Part shown: positions 28,201 through 37,559 of the stretch, in pieces
How positions within the stretch are numbered: the first letter of the stretch is position 1
Layout of the letters: the number at the start of each line of letters is the position of its first letter
From: Eutreptiella sp. 'Long Island Sound 2002'
Taxonomy: Eukaryota; Protista; Euglenida
Direction: 5' to 3'
Assembly (NCBI GenBank): GCA_964036045.1
Contig: OZ038378.1
Location: 173,414,001-173,478,000 of the forward strand
Length of the DNA stretch: 64,000 nucleotides
Notes under the pieces: model-generated
Told to the model about the DNA's origin: nothing
Database searches by the model: none
The model's input: the letters and a program-made list of their open reading frames with translations, nothing else
Made by a program: the position numbers and the translations under genes

Positions 28201-31200
28201 TGGGCCCAAGGTCTACCTCCGACACTTGCTTCATGTACGTCAGGTTGTGCGAGGCCTGCGCCACAAATCGCTGCAGGTCCTTCCGGAAATTCTCGGACTC
28301 CATCCTCAGCGTCAGCAGCGAGCATGCAATGCTCTTGGGGACCACCAGCGCCTGGATCTCTGCCTCCACGTCGGGTGGCCACACACTCTTCTTGTTCCAC
28401 ACGCTCAGCAACTGCGCGTAGGCAGCGGCGGTGTCGGCACTGGGGTGCATGCACCGGTGCAGGAGCTTGGGGAGGCACGGCGCGAAGCACGGCACGAATG
28501 CGGCCTTGTGCCGGACCACCAGCGTGTCCATCGCGTACCATATTGCGAGACGGTCATGGCAGTCGGTACGGCCGAGGTACGCGATGACTTCGTGCGCGAT
28601 GTCGACCGCAAAGGCGACATTCCCCTTAGCCCAGCTCTCGAAGTTCGCGATGCTGCTGCTGTCCGGGTTGAGCTTGTAGAGCTCCTCCCGCGCCGCAGTG
28701 CGCATGGCGGCACGGTTGATGGGATCGAGCCCCGGGAGTGATCGCGGCAAGGGGGGCTGCAGCTCACCTTCATATGTGTTGATCTCGGGCTTGCTCTCTT
28801 TTGCGGGCGGAGGGCGTGCCTGTGACGAACGAATGACCGAAAAAAGCGCTTGCTCCAGAGGCAACTGGCAAGTATAACCCTAGCCTCCTCCCTGGCAATA
28901 GCTTAGCCAAGTGCAGCCCCGGGCCTAACTCGCAGAAAGGAGGGTCAAGGAGATTCCGAGGTGCACAAGCATCCTCTGGTGGGCGGATCCCAGCAAATCA
29001 GTGGATTTGAGGGCAGGTCCTAGTTGGTAACTCTGGCACACCAATGGCATTGCGAACTGCAAATTCTGTTGCCTTCAGCAAGGAGTATCCCCCCCTGTGT
29101 GACATTCCGTCTGGTTGTTGCTCCTTTACGGGGCCCTGGACGGTCACCCGTTCTTCCCTTCGTATGTTGCGTCGGATCGCTGCTTTCTGTCGGCCGCTGC
29201 GGCCGGTGCTCTTGCTGGTGTCGTTTCCGCGTTCGCGGAGCCCAGTAGTTGGTGTGTTGGGACTGTGCTGAATGTGGCATGGTGTGCCGTTTGCGTGTCA
29301 GCGGCGCCCAATAATTGGCGTATTGAGGATGTGCTGGTTGTTGCTAGGGTCGTTTGACTGTTTTTGCTGTCCACACACCTCTGTCCACAGGCCGTCCATA
29401 GCCTGCCTCGCTGTGTTTCTGTGCGGCCCAGGTGCCCTGTTCCTCCACGCGCTGTCTGGGCCGTCCACCATATGTCCTTTTCCCCCTCACGGTTGGTCTG
29501 CCCCTAGTGGGCTCCCGCTCTTGTTGCGCAAACAGCCCATCTGGGCTGCGGGAGACACCCCCCACCTGATGCCGGTTGAGCAGGGGTTGCCCTGGCACCC
29601 GGTAGCGACGGGGCTGGTGGCCAAGCCATCCCCTTTATTGTCGCTCCTCCCATGCGCACGCTCCACCATCCGCTCCATTCTGGTTCCCTGTTCCCGCTGT
29701 TCTGGTTGCCTCTCCTGCCTTGCTGTGCCCCTCTTCCTTGTCTGGTGTGCCCGCCCTTGTCCCCCTTGGTGTTGGTGTGGCTCCCGCGTTCTGTGTGTCT
29801 GTGTTGCTCCTCCCCCTGTCTGGTGGCGCTCCCGGGTGCCCATGTCGTGCACCCCCTCCGGTCCCACCCGCCTGCCCCCCCGTACGAGGATTTCACATCT
29901 CCGTACGACGTGGACTGTCCCATGCGCGGTTGGTTGTTCACGGCCCTGTTGCCACCCCCGTGGCGGGCACCTCCCGGCGCGCGGGGCACAGCCGGGTTCA
30001 GGGCGCCTGCGCCTGCGCTTGATCAAACGAACCTCTTCGAGGTGATTTACGGCATACGTGTCCAGATTCCACGCAACTGTTTTCGCCCACAGATATCTTG
30101 TTCAACATGATGCTCAAACTTTCGGAATTGAGGTAAAGCACCACATCAATTTCATGCGAGGCGCCTGATGCAGATTGTTACCCACCCTTGCACAGGTCTG
30201 CTTTGCAATGAATCTTCTGCCCACCCACATGAGTACTGTTGGCGTGGTCGCTCAGAGGCAAAGGGAGGGGTTGCAATCCCCGAATACCAGGGGCCTTGGC
30301 CGTGTTTGCTGTTGTTGCTCTGGTCCGCCTGACGCTGCGACGAATGAATTCGGCGTCGCCTGCCACACATCCCAAAAATTCATCACGGCCCTGCTGGCCC
30401 GAACCTACCGCTTGGAACGCGCTGACTACCCACTTTCTCACGGGGCCCTGACTGTTTCCACTTCGGCTGCTCTCCTCCACGTGCCATCGGATTGTTTGTC
30501 GACATCTTGCAGACTGGCTGCCTTCAACTGACTCAGGTAGATAGTAGAGGTAGCGTCCTTGGGTGATCACCAAACTCCAGTTTCGCCCATATCAGTGCGC
30601 CCTCCCTGTCAGGCCAATGCAGTACGGATGGCGCACCCTCTTCAGGGTGCGCACCATCAGTACCAATGAGGGCATCGGCAAGTGGGTGTCTCATGCGCGC
30701 ACGACCCGTATCAGTTGGCACATGGGCAAATCACAACATGGGTTCACACATCTCAGGAAGGGGCTTGAAAGGGGGGTGCGGGACCCCTGACGGACCCCGC
30801 GCGCCCGAGCCGGTGCAAAAGCAAACAACCGTACAAGGTGCGCACGGTCCGGACCAGACAGCGCATCGGCAAGGGGGAACTCGTACATAGCAGTCCCGAT
30901 TCCCTGGGCTGGTCCCACCTTTCACCACCCCTTTGCTTGTGGATGCTATCAATTGGAGTACATGTGCAACGACGAGATGTAGCGGACGTGTATCGAAGCT
31001 TCAGGAAGCAGCAACAATGGCAACACTGGAAGCCGATGCCGATGCCAGTACGCAACCGCAGTGCCGCCGAAAGCACAGCTGTGGCTGTACCGTGTTGGGA
31101 ATGGGATGCTTTACCTGCTGGAGCACCTGAATTTTTGATCACACAACTCTGAAGTTGTCAGGACGGGGAGGGGGTCATGTCAGGTGAGTGGGTCTACTCA

Positions 31201-33276
31201 AAACATGCCCCCCGCGCCCTCTACAAATGAGGCTTAGGCCCGGCCTGAAATCCAGCTGGCTTTGGTCGCACCGATCACCTGATGCACGCGCATTGCAGGT
31301 GTTGTGGCTCAGCTTGTGTGGGCGCCGCGTGCAGTGCCTAAGCGCGAAGCTCTGGGCATCCGTATGGGCGTGTGGATGCCTTGTGTTGGAAGGTTCCGTG
31401 GGTGAATGTGGAGGGGTTCAGGGCTGAGCTGAGGCGAGTGCTTGGGGAAAGGCTGGGAGCTGGGAGTGGGACAGTTGGGGTTGAGGGCCGTCGCTGGGGC
31501 GGGGCTATGATTAGATGCGAGGCAGGTCGTATGGAGTTCCAACACCTCACGCGGTCGCCTCTGCCTGGCACGTGTCGAGGTTGCCGCTGTGGGACGTGCA
31601 GCAGCCAACTTGGGCTTCTTTTGGGCTGGGGCTGGGGAACCGCCGATCTCCATCACCTCATCCTCACTATCCTCTAGGATCTGTGACAGTGCAGGAGAAC
31701 ACCGAGTGGCTAAGGGTCGAAGCCCTACCTCAACACTGACAGTGTCAACGAGGAAGTGGACGGTTAAGCCCAGGGCAGGGGTGCTCATTCTGCCAACGGG
31801 ACATGGGGTGCTCGTTGGACAGTTGGGAAACAGTGATGGCGGCGATGGCACCAGTTCCTTGCGCGCCGCCGTTCGTTGCAAAATGACACACAAAACAGTG
31901 GTCCAGAACACAAGTACCTCTATAGAATCCACTTCTGCATGCGGTCGCTTCGCCGCCGAGGGCTTGGGCTTGGCGACCCGCGACCCACCCGGCTTCAGCG
32001 GAAGCTGCGTCCGTGGCCGCTTCGGCGGCGGCGGCTCATCATCGGAGTCCCCAATCTCAATTGCATCGTCGATAGATGCCGCGCCCTTGCTGCTCTTCAC
32101 GCTTGGATGCTTCGGTGGAATGTTTTGGGGTGCTTCCATAGCGACACTTGTATTTAGGCTGGAGGCCTGGCTCGCCTCCGCCGCCGGGTCCGCCGCAGCA
32201 CCACCCTCCATTTTCACATCACCAGTAACCCTCTCCATTTTCACATCATCAGCGGACTTCGCAACACCTTGCACTCCCTCCTCTTGTTTCGCATTGCCCG
32301 CTTTCTCTTGCTCTCTCTCTTGCTTCACACTTGCATCACCCATGGGCGATTCCTCCATTTTCACATCATCAGCGCCCGACTTCACGACATGCCCAGTACC
32401 TTGCACTCCCTCCTCTTGTTCTACATTGCCATTTGTCTCTTGCTCTCTCTCTTGTTTCACACTTCCATCACCCATGGGCGATTCCTCCATTTTCCCATCA
32501 TCAGCCCCCGACTTTGAGACATGCCCAGCACCTTGCACTCCCTCCTCTTGTTTCTCATCGCTAACTTTCTCTTGCTCTTTCTCTTGTTCCACACTTGCAT
32601 CACCCGTCGGCGATTCCCCTTGTAGTTTCAAATTGCCACCGTTGTCTTGCGCTCCCTGCTCGTTTTCAACAACGCCACTCAACGCTAACGCCACGCCGCC
32701 CCCACTTCCTTGTAGCCCATCCTCCCCCATGACACTGTCACCATTCTCCGTTGTGACCGGTGCATCGTTTCCAACTCCTTGTTCACGTTTGCCATCGTCC
32801 GTTTGTTCGTGTCCACAACCCCCTTCCAACATGTCGCCACCTTGAGTGTTGACCTCCGAGCTCTCTTCCATCACACCACCCCCCTCATCAGTCTCTTCCT
32901 GACCACAACCCCCTTCCAACATGTCGCCAGCTTGAGCATTGACCTCTGAGCTCTCTTCCATCACGCCACCCCCCTCATCGGTCTCTTCTAGCGCACAACC
33001 AACTTGCATTTTGTCGCCAACTTGAGCGTTATCCTTGGAGCTCTCTTCCATCATACAACCCCGCATTGTGTCGTCGTTACCCTTTGTCTCGTCGTCACGA
33101 TCATGATTCCCACCACAATATTCTCCGACTACATCTTCCGCCATGCCCGCATTACTACTCCCCGCTTGTGCCTCTTGATTCTCATCAACCCCCACTTTTT
33201 CCGCGGCGTCGGGGTCGGGAACAACAACATCATTTTGTGAAGCGGTTGGTGTTTCTTTTGGGGCATCCGCCATCAT
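3931..33276 (-). CDS. Multi-exon gene, >=1359 aa: acidic N-terminus, 2x CID/RPR, Pro-rich linker, 3x KH, RRM, DUF2431/Bmt5-like methyltransferase. The 3' end is not resolved.
   Basis: Exons (minus): 33276-31918, 31680-31546, 28819-28184, 27668-27423, 22195-21608, 19509-19213, 15848-15616, 12431-12143, 4224-3931. All introns are GT-AG with compatible phases (0,0,0,0,0,0,2,0), 4077 nt in total. CID2, KH, RRM and methyltransferase motifs read continuously across the junctions. Confidence 0.8.
4260..4362. repeat. Perfect (CAACA)n / (TTGTG)n microsatellite, ~20 units
   Basis: Directly visible. It abuts the (GGA)8 tail of the retroelement. Confidence 0.98.
5870..6270 (-). pseudogene. RNase H domain of the non-LTR element (frameshifted)
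   Basis: The four catalytic-type motifs appear in order: VFVQDAS (D), GSYQVELYVV (E), FHDSKGYI (D), HRADVGTLANEAA (D). GGGGLVVVD follows the first motif. Confidence 0.7.
6900..7850 (-). pseudogene. Reverse transcriptase domain of the non-LTR element (frameshifted)
   Basis: NDHPLTNLVLLRKVV (domain 2), IVDDVRHAFGSPD (domain 3), GSGQGCPLSPLNYAP (domain 4), LHSLAWAEDTVW (YADD box, here WAED), CICSLGRH (domain 7-like). Confidence 0.88.
8517..9134 (-). CDS. Unknown ORF or terminal exon with acidic and Lys-rich C-terminus, inside the block interrupting the retroelement
   Basis: 205 open codons. An AG precedes it (aaacaagtttag|ggtgaag). It has a globular-looking N-half and an EDEEEG/KKPAKKAK tail. 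No family recognised. Confidence 0.45.
   Translation of the reverse strand: MKVPNIFICDQGAYGSTIGLAAAGWLLRVLGIVPRRDRESEDEVWLLLLTASAVLPAQLLSCLPESPCVAACFTGQQGLFNEFCEQLAAYVQEMDCVYLVNWDAWMPRIRDCMPVVVQRPGDGEDEEGGDDVEEEEEEEIVLVGGSDSKKRSTPSKKKLCSEDSGDEDDGPPKKPAKKAKDSTPLNTFHAKVGQAKGKKAPPKKK
9347..9683. repeat. Array of five 21-nt direct repeats GGGGGGCCTCCCCTT-NN-TTCA with dissimilar 53-66 nt spacers
   Basis: Repeats at 9347-9367, 9421-9441, 9502-9522, 9576-9596, 9663-9683. Spacers are 53, 60, 53 and 66 nt. Confidence 0.9.
10405..10930. repeat. (CACAA/CACAG)n compound microsatellite decaying into unique sequence
   Basis: About 80 pentamer units to ~10825, then degenerate. It abuts the truncated 5' end of the retroelement. 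Confidence 0.97.
12143..12431 (-). CDS. Exon 8: RRM C-terminal half plus start of methyltransferase domain
   Basis: WLETGRGEAVFVFGKPESVYNAL is RNP1-like. TLLLGEGNFSFTSALA...MVATS is the DUF2431 N-terminal SAM-binding signature (GEGD/NFSF). Acceptor cttcag, donor gag|gtgccg. Confidence 0.85.
14930..15125. repeat. Degenerate (GGTT/GGC)n simple repeat next to AGGGCGGTCCTT inverted-repeat motifs
   Basis: ggttggcggttggtggc array. AGGGCGGTCCTT occurs near 14845 and 15133, with its reverse complement near 15169-15180. Confidence 0.85.
15616..15848 (-). CDS. Exon 7: end of KH3 and start of RRM
   Basis: RIRRNTQAHIALKGRELFIEGSRKQVEDALTEI completes a KH fold. LKLLLRGLPEDVKPTDYHQQF is RNP2-like. Acceptor ctgtgcag, donor gg|gtatgt. 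Confidence 0.85.
17390..18480 (+). pseudogene. Fragment of a second non-LTR retrotransposon (AP endonuclease C-terminus plus linker)
   Basis: LWLLGGDYYS (GDFN-like), GRPHFWVNRGST (PTF-like) and VIGHVDAIAV (SDH-like) occur in order across a frameshift, followed by an open linker. Confidence 0.45.
19213..19509 (-). CDS. Exon 6: KH2 and start of KH3
   Basis: ...ERTWTSINVTGLQIVVTGDGKNVDMSLEAV... and TVLGMAGQRLQ (GxxG loop), which continues into RIRRNTQAHI of exon 7. Acceptor accag, donor cag|gtgcat. Confidence 0.85.
20200..21340. repeat. Degenerate tandem repeat family B (CCCCATGGG...ATCACCCAAACCCATCC), related copies at 24010-24900
   Basis: Motif near 20232, 20590, 20790 and 20930, and related motifs near 24015-24070, 24370-24430, 24660-24720. 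A terminal block at 21240-21330 resembles the reverse complement of 25735-25835. Confidence 0.7.
21608..22195 (-). CDS. Exon 5: Pro/Ala/Glu-rich linker plus KH1 (degenerate GxxG)
   Basis: ASVTAATPASS...PEPVVMSP... then QRVPLTSEQHMCLSGRNSDGGRYIASKSGARVVLHQDAAVVSGRHKAVELA. Acceptor ccacag, donor gcg|gtatgt. Confidence 0.85.
22740..23200. repeat. Nested direct repeats with ~21-bp GTAGACACT..CTGCCCC subunits
   Basis: Blocks at 22855-22970 and 23045-23140 are homologous. GGCCGAAGGCCCCC recurs near 22750 and 23146. Confidence 0.75.
26523..26795 (-). pseudogene. Possible Cys-rich zinc-ribbon remnant (piggyBac C-terminal-like)
   Basis: KFCVLC...IHTKCKGC...WLC pattern only. Confidence 0.3.
27423..27668 (-). 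CDS. Exon 4: second CID/RPR domain, C-terminal part
   Basis: AIVEQLCKAPLHRKTVIWKAIDAL...VNILQRWAYSNDIFPG aligns by eye with the PCF11-type CID (KAPxxxKLxxxYLxDSI...W..IFP). Acceptor tttgcag, donor aag|gtctgc. Confidence 0.85.
28184..28819 (-). CDS. Exon 3: first CID/RPR domain and start of the second
   Basis: LYKLNPDSSSIANFESWAKGNVAFAVDIAHEVIAYL...RLAIWYAMDTLVVRH...QLLSVWNKKSVWP is a CID signature. Acceptor gtcacag, donor gtg|gtgagg. Confidence 0.85.
29089..29350. repeat. Probable short dispersed (SINE-like) repeat
   Basis: GC-rich non-coding block starting ccccccctgtgtgacattccgtc. I recall it as a high-copy euglenid repeat, but there is no second copy in this window to confirm it. Confidence 0.35.
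30093..30790 (+). pseudogene. Nested antisense spliced gene remnant in intron 2 (possibly CxC/KDZ transposon-derived)
   Basis: Three phase-compatible GT-AG exons (30093-30132, 30196-30536, 30613-~30790) with one in-frame TGA at 30529-30531. Confidence 0.35.
31546..31680 (-). CDS. Exon 2: low-complexity acidic/basic segment
   Basis: ILEDSEDEVMEIGGSPAPAQKKPKLAAARPTAATSTRARQRRPRE. Acceptor gtcacag, donor gag|gtgttg. 135 nt, phase 0/0. Confidence 0.75.
31918..33276 (-). CDS. Exon 1: 453-aa acidic disordered N-terminus with internal repeats
   Basis: Starts MMADAPKETP. Contains repeated GGGVMEESSEVNAQ.GDMLEGGCG.E.TD and MEESPMGD.SVKQEREQE units, and an NLS-like PPPKRPR. Donor gag|gtactt. Confidence 0.75.
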
Positions 33277-36200
33277 GCATGCGGGGGCAAACAAACCAAA
33301 ACGCCTATTGAGAGCATCAGCGGAATTAGCTTCCGAGTTATTCGTTTGATTTTGCGAACCGCGTAGGCTCAGTGGAGTTTGCTTTGCCCGGCCAAGGTGC
33401 AAAATAATGAACGATTTGAGAGGCAAAGGATATGCCATGCGTCCGACAACGGACGCGTAGGAAGCGTTGACAGATCCACTGCGGAATCCGTGGATGTCGA
33501 AGGCCGCTTCTTAGTCTTGCAACGTGATGTCGGGCTTGGTGCAAGGTTTGGTTTGCCCAGAGAGCGACTATTGTTGCCGATCGCGATTTCATGACGATTC
33601 ACAACAAAAAGGTTGACAAAAAGTTGCCCATTCGGCCCCAAGCAAATGCAAAGGTTCAAATCGCACTGCGGCGTCCACTTTTAATTGTGTTTGAAGGTGG
33701 AGGCGGAAGCGGGTGTGAAAGCGGTTGAAGCGAAATCCTTCGCATAAGGAATTCCGGGAAGGATAGTCCGAAAAGCAAATCGAACCACGGCAAATTTTGT
33801 AAACAATCTCACGTGGTACGGTGCTTTTTTTTGTAGCCCTTGCGTTACACATGTCGTATTTGGGCAAAACAAGACAAAATTTTGCCATGGCGAGAGTTGA
33901 ATTTTTCGTACGTGAATAAAAGTTTTGCCACTACGAGGAGGCAACATCTCGACACCGAGTGCCGGTGCTAGGCCAATGCAACCCTCCACTATCATGCGCC
34001 CCAACACGACCACGCCAAGTTATTCCCAACCAAGGCAAACATAAACAAAGCGCAAGGCCACAAGATTGCGTTCGGAAGGCGAGTGGTGAATTCGAGGAGT
34101 TTTGCCACCTCAACGTGGAACATTAAGGCGGGAGCCCGAGACGGACAACACGACATCGGAAAGGCGCCAAAGGGGACAGAATGTAGGGGTGATTTGGAAG
34201 CAAGAGGATCACCTCACTATCGAGGTTCATCGGTTAGCAGAGAACTGAACATTGTATAATTACCATGCCCCGTATGCTGCTACCCCGTCACCAATCTTGT
34301 GATGACGGTAAACTCCGCAGAAAGAACTGCAGTCTGTGATGGCTCCACGGCACTGCTTGTTTGCGCTTGATATGGCATGTAACGACGGCATATAAGGTGT
34401 GGGCATGGATACGACAACCCCCAACCCCTAAGTGACGCACTATGAGATGGCAAAACAATAAATTGGTCCTTGCACAAGGGGCAACCGCAATGAAAGATTT
34501 TTATGAACGTGACGCAACACCAATCGATAACTTGACGCCGACACGGGATATGGGGGCATACCGCTGCAAAACATGACATTTTGTTTGCATTGTGACGAAT
34601 TAGTCGTGTTCGTGTCAGAAGTATGCCTAAAATCCGCCATGTAACCCGATGCACCACAAAACCTAATTGTTTAAAATGTTTTTCCTTTCAAACGTGCCAC
34701 AATGTAAGAAGGGAAAGGCTGTTGTATCACTAGAGTAGAGGTGTGTTGCTTCGTGCCAGTAGAAGGTGGAAAGGTGCAAAATAGTGACCAAACCGAAATT
34801 CTTGAGGACAAGAGAGCTGGGAAAATGCGGGGAGTTGGGTGTTTCCTACTCTCCTGGGTTCAAAAAACACGTTTGCAACAAGTCCCCGCATTTTAAGTTT
34901 TTTTTCACTTTTGAGGGAGTGGTGGGGGAGTGTTGGGGAGACGAGTCAAACCGGCGTGAATGGCCGTTAGGCGGTGGGGGGCCCAACTATGCCGAAGATA
35001 ATCCCCGACCACGGTGAACTTCGTGCCCTCAAAGGCGGCTCTGTACATGGCCATGTCCCACCTTGTGCTTGTCTTCGCCTTCTCCTCTTCCCCTGCTTGT
35101 TCACTTGGGGGAGTCATCAAGTGGACATTGAATGGCACAGCAAGATATTCGAGATTGAAATCGAAAAACCCTGCCATGGCATGGGTTTGGTATGGTCACT
35201 TTGCACGACCATGCTTTCCTCCTCGGACTGTTCCTCGCAGGAATATCTACTGGAAGTGTCCGCGGGAGATTTTTGTTCGGCGGCCTTTGCGTGGTGGTAA
35301 GCGCATTCGGTGCAATGCTTGCAATGCCCCTTTTCATGACAGCTGCTTCTACAGCTCGAAGACAACATGGGGTTGGCCCATGTTGTCTTGACGTTCCCAT
35401 CTTACATTTATCGCTCCAAGGGGTCGAATTTTGAGGCCGATAATGTTAAATGGAACAATCACCTGACAGTGTTAGATAGGGAGGCAAATTTTGAGGACGA
35501 AAATCGTTAGATGATCGAGGTGAGATGGCGATATCCGCGGCATCTCACCCGCAGCTCGTCTTTAGGTACCATGAGTACCATGAGCAAGTGGCATGGAGGA
35601 AGTCCCATCCCTCCTGATGCACATGCAAGGCAAAAGGAGTGAATATTTGAAAACCACGTAGGGCATGAAAAAAAACCCATACGGGAAAAAAAAGCCCGAA
35701 TGTGTAGATTAGTTTTGAGGTTTGGGTTCATGGGGGTTAGCATGCGACAGTACACATGTTGATTAGTTTGAAGAATTTGTCTACCACTTCCGTTGGAGTG
35801 AGGCATGCACTCACGGATTCCGAAGGTGAAATTTTATAGATGGATCACACGAAGAAACTTGTGTTAGGAAAACCTGTGCATCCATATGGTGTTTCATACA
35901 AGATCTCTTCCCATAGCCCCAGTATCTAGATCCCTCCAACTCGTTTCCGGCACTATTGAATGGATTTTTGTGATGCACGGCTCTCGATGGATAGAATGCA
36001 TTTTTCAAAGTGGTCAATGAGTTGGAATCTCGCCAGGCTATTGTTGTTGTGTCCATTGCCCTAGGTGCCATTGGTCAAGAGTAGATTGGAATCATGGCGG
36101 AAAAGTATACGAGTGAAACAAGTACAGTGGGTGAGTCGTTGAACACCTGGATGGTTCCCCACCGTTTTTTGATGTGTGTATTTTTTTTATGTTTGACAAA

Positions 36201-37559
36201 ACTTTCAACGCGTGGTGCTTGCCGGCCCACTATGAACGGCACAATAACAAACAAGGGCTCCATTTATGAAGACTTCAAGGCTCTCGGAGTCTCAAAGCCA
36301 TGGCCTACACTTTGAAGTTCGACGAACTTTGGTTTGCAACAATAGCGTTTCGTCTGGAGATTTACTCACTTAGCATTGTTGACATAGCGACCATTCGTGG
36401 TCGTGCATCGATTGTAGCCTCAACGCCGCCATTGTCATTTCACATTTGCTACAAAAGTCCAAGACATCGCAGTTTTGCTGCCCATTTTGACGAAAGCGCA
36501 TGGTCAGCCCATGTCCCATTGCACAGCACATAAAGTCGTTCCAAGCAAAGGTCGCTCAAATCAAAAGTCAGATACGAATTCCGTGGTTCGATAAAGATGA
36601 GCACAGTGGACATGTGGAGGAATTCTATAGAAATTCCGAGATTTGCAGCCGCACATGTCAAGGGGCAAGCCGCACTGCAAAAGGAATGTGCAACATTCCC
36701 AGACTGTGCCATAAATCCGAAAGATCTGGGGGAATCGATAGATTCCCGCAATGGACTGTGAAGAACGCGCGACCATGGCATGGGGCGTCCGAAACTTCGA
36801 AGACTCACGTCCTGTGCTTCGTCCTCGCCTTCCTCTCTTCCCCTGTCCTGTGTCGGGAGACTAGCAAACACCTCGGGGGTCACCTCGGCTTCCTCCAAGT
36901 AACCCCGTGCAGGGGCAATATTTTGTGTTTTACGTGACGCTGATGAGTCAGCTTGTCCAAAGCCGCCTGCGCGCCACACTGGGGTGGTCAACGGAGAAAT
37001 TATCTTTTTATTCCTGAACGGTATGCATGCGTTTTTTACATGTTTCCATTAAGTAACTCAATATTTTTTATTCTGTACTTTTTTTTCTGGTCCGGATCGC
37101 CGTTTTACCCATGTCGGTCGATTATCTTCACTTCTATGCAGCCGAGAACAAGAAGAAGTTTGTAGGCCTGCTTGGTCTGCAAAGAGCTCCGTGACCACAA
37201 AGTTTCGGATTCCATCCTCAGGTATGCACGTTCGTAGTTCAACAACAAGGTCTCAATTTGTAAGATGCCACCATTGCCAATCTACCATTGTGGTAGATTG
37301 GTTCGTCAAACTAAGAGTTCAGTGGTTCTACATTTGCGGTTGGTGTTTTGTGTGAGTGGTAAGCAACAAGTTTTGGGACATTGGAGGTTGGTGTCTTCCG
37401 ATGCTTGCACCATGATCCTTAGATTCAAGGATACAAAATAGGTCATTTTAGAGACTTTCATCTTGCGAAAGGACAAGGACAACGCTTTGAGCCTTTAGGG
37501 CTTTGAACGGTATGTACTAGTGTATGGTCTTCGCCGTTGTACTTGTTCAACTTTCTCTC

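Noticed and set aside
33277-33438. ORF-track start of the 709-aa ORF at 33438
   Set aside because: Non-ATG start. The first in-frame ATG is at 33276, and the ORF also reads through intron 1 and into intron 2.
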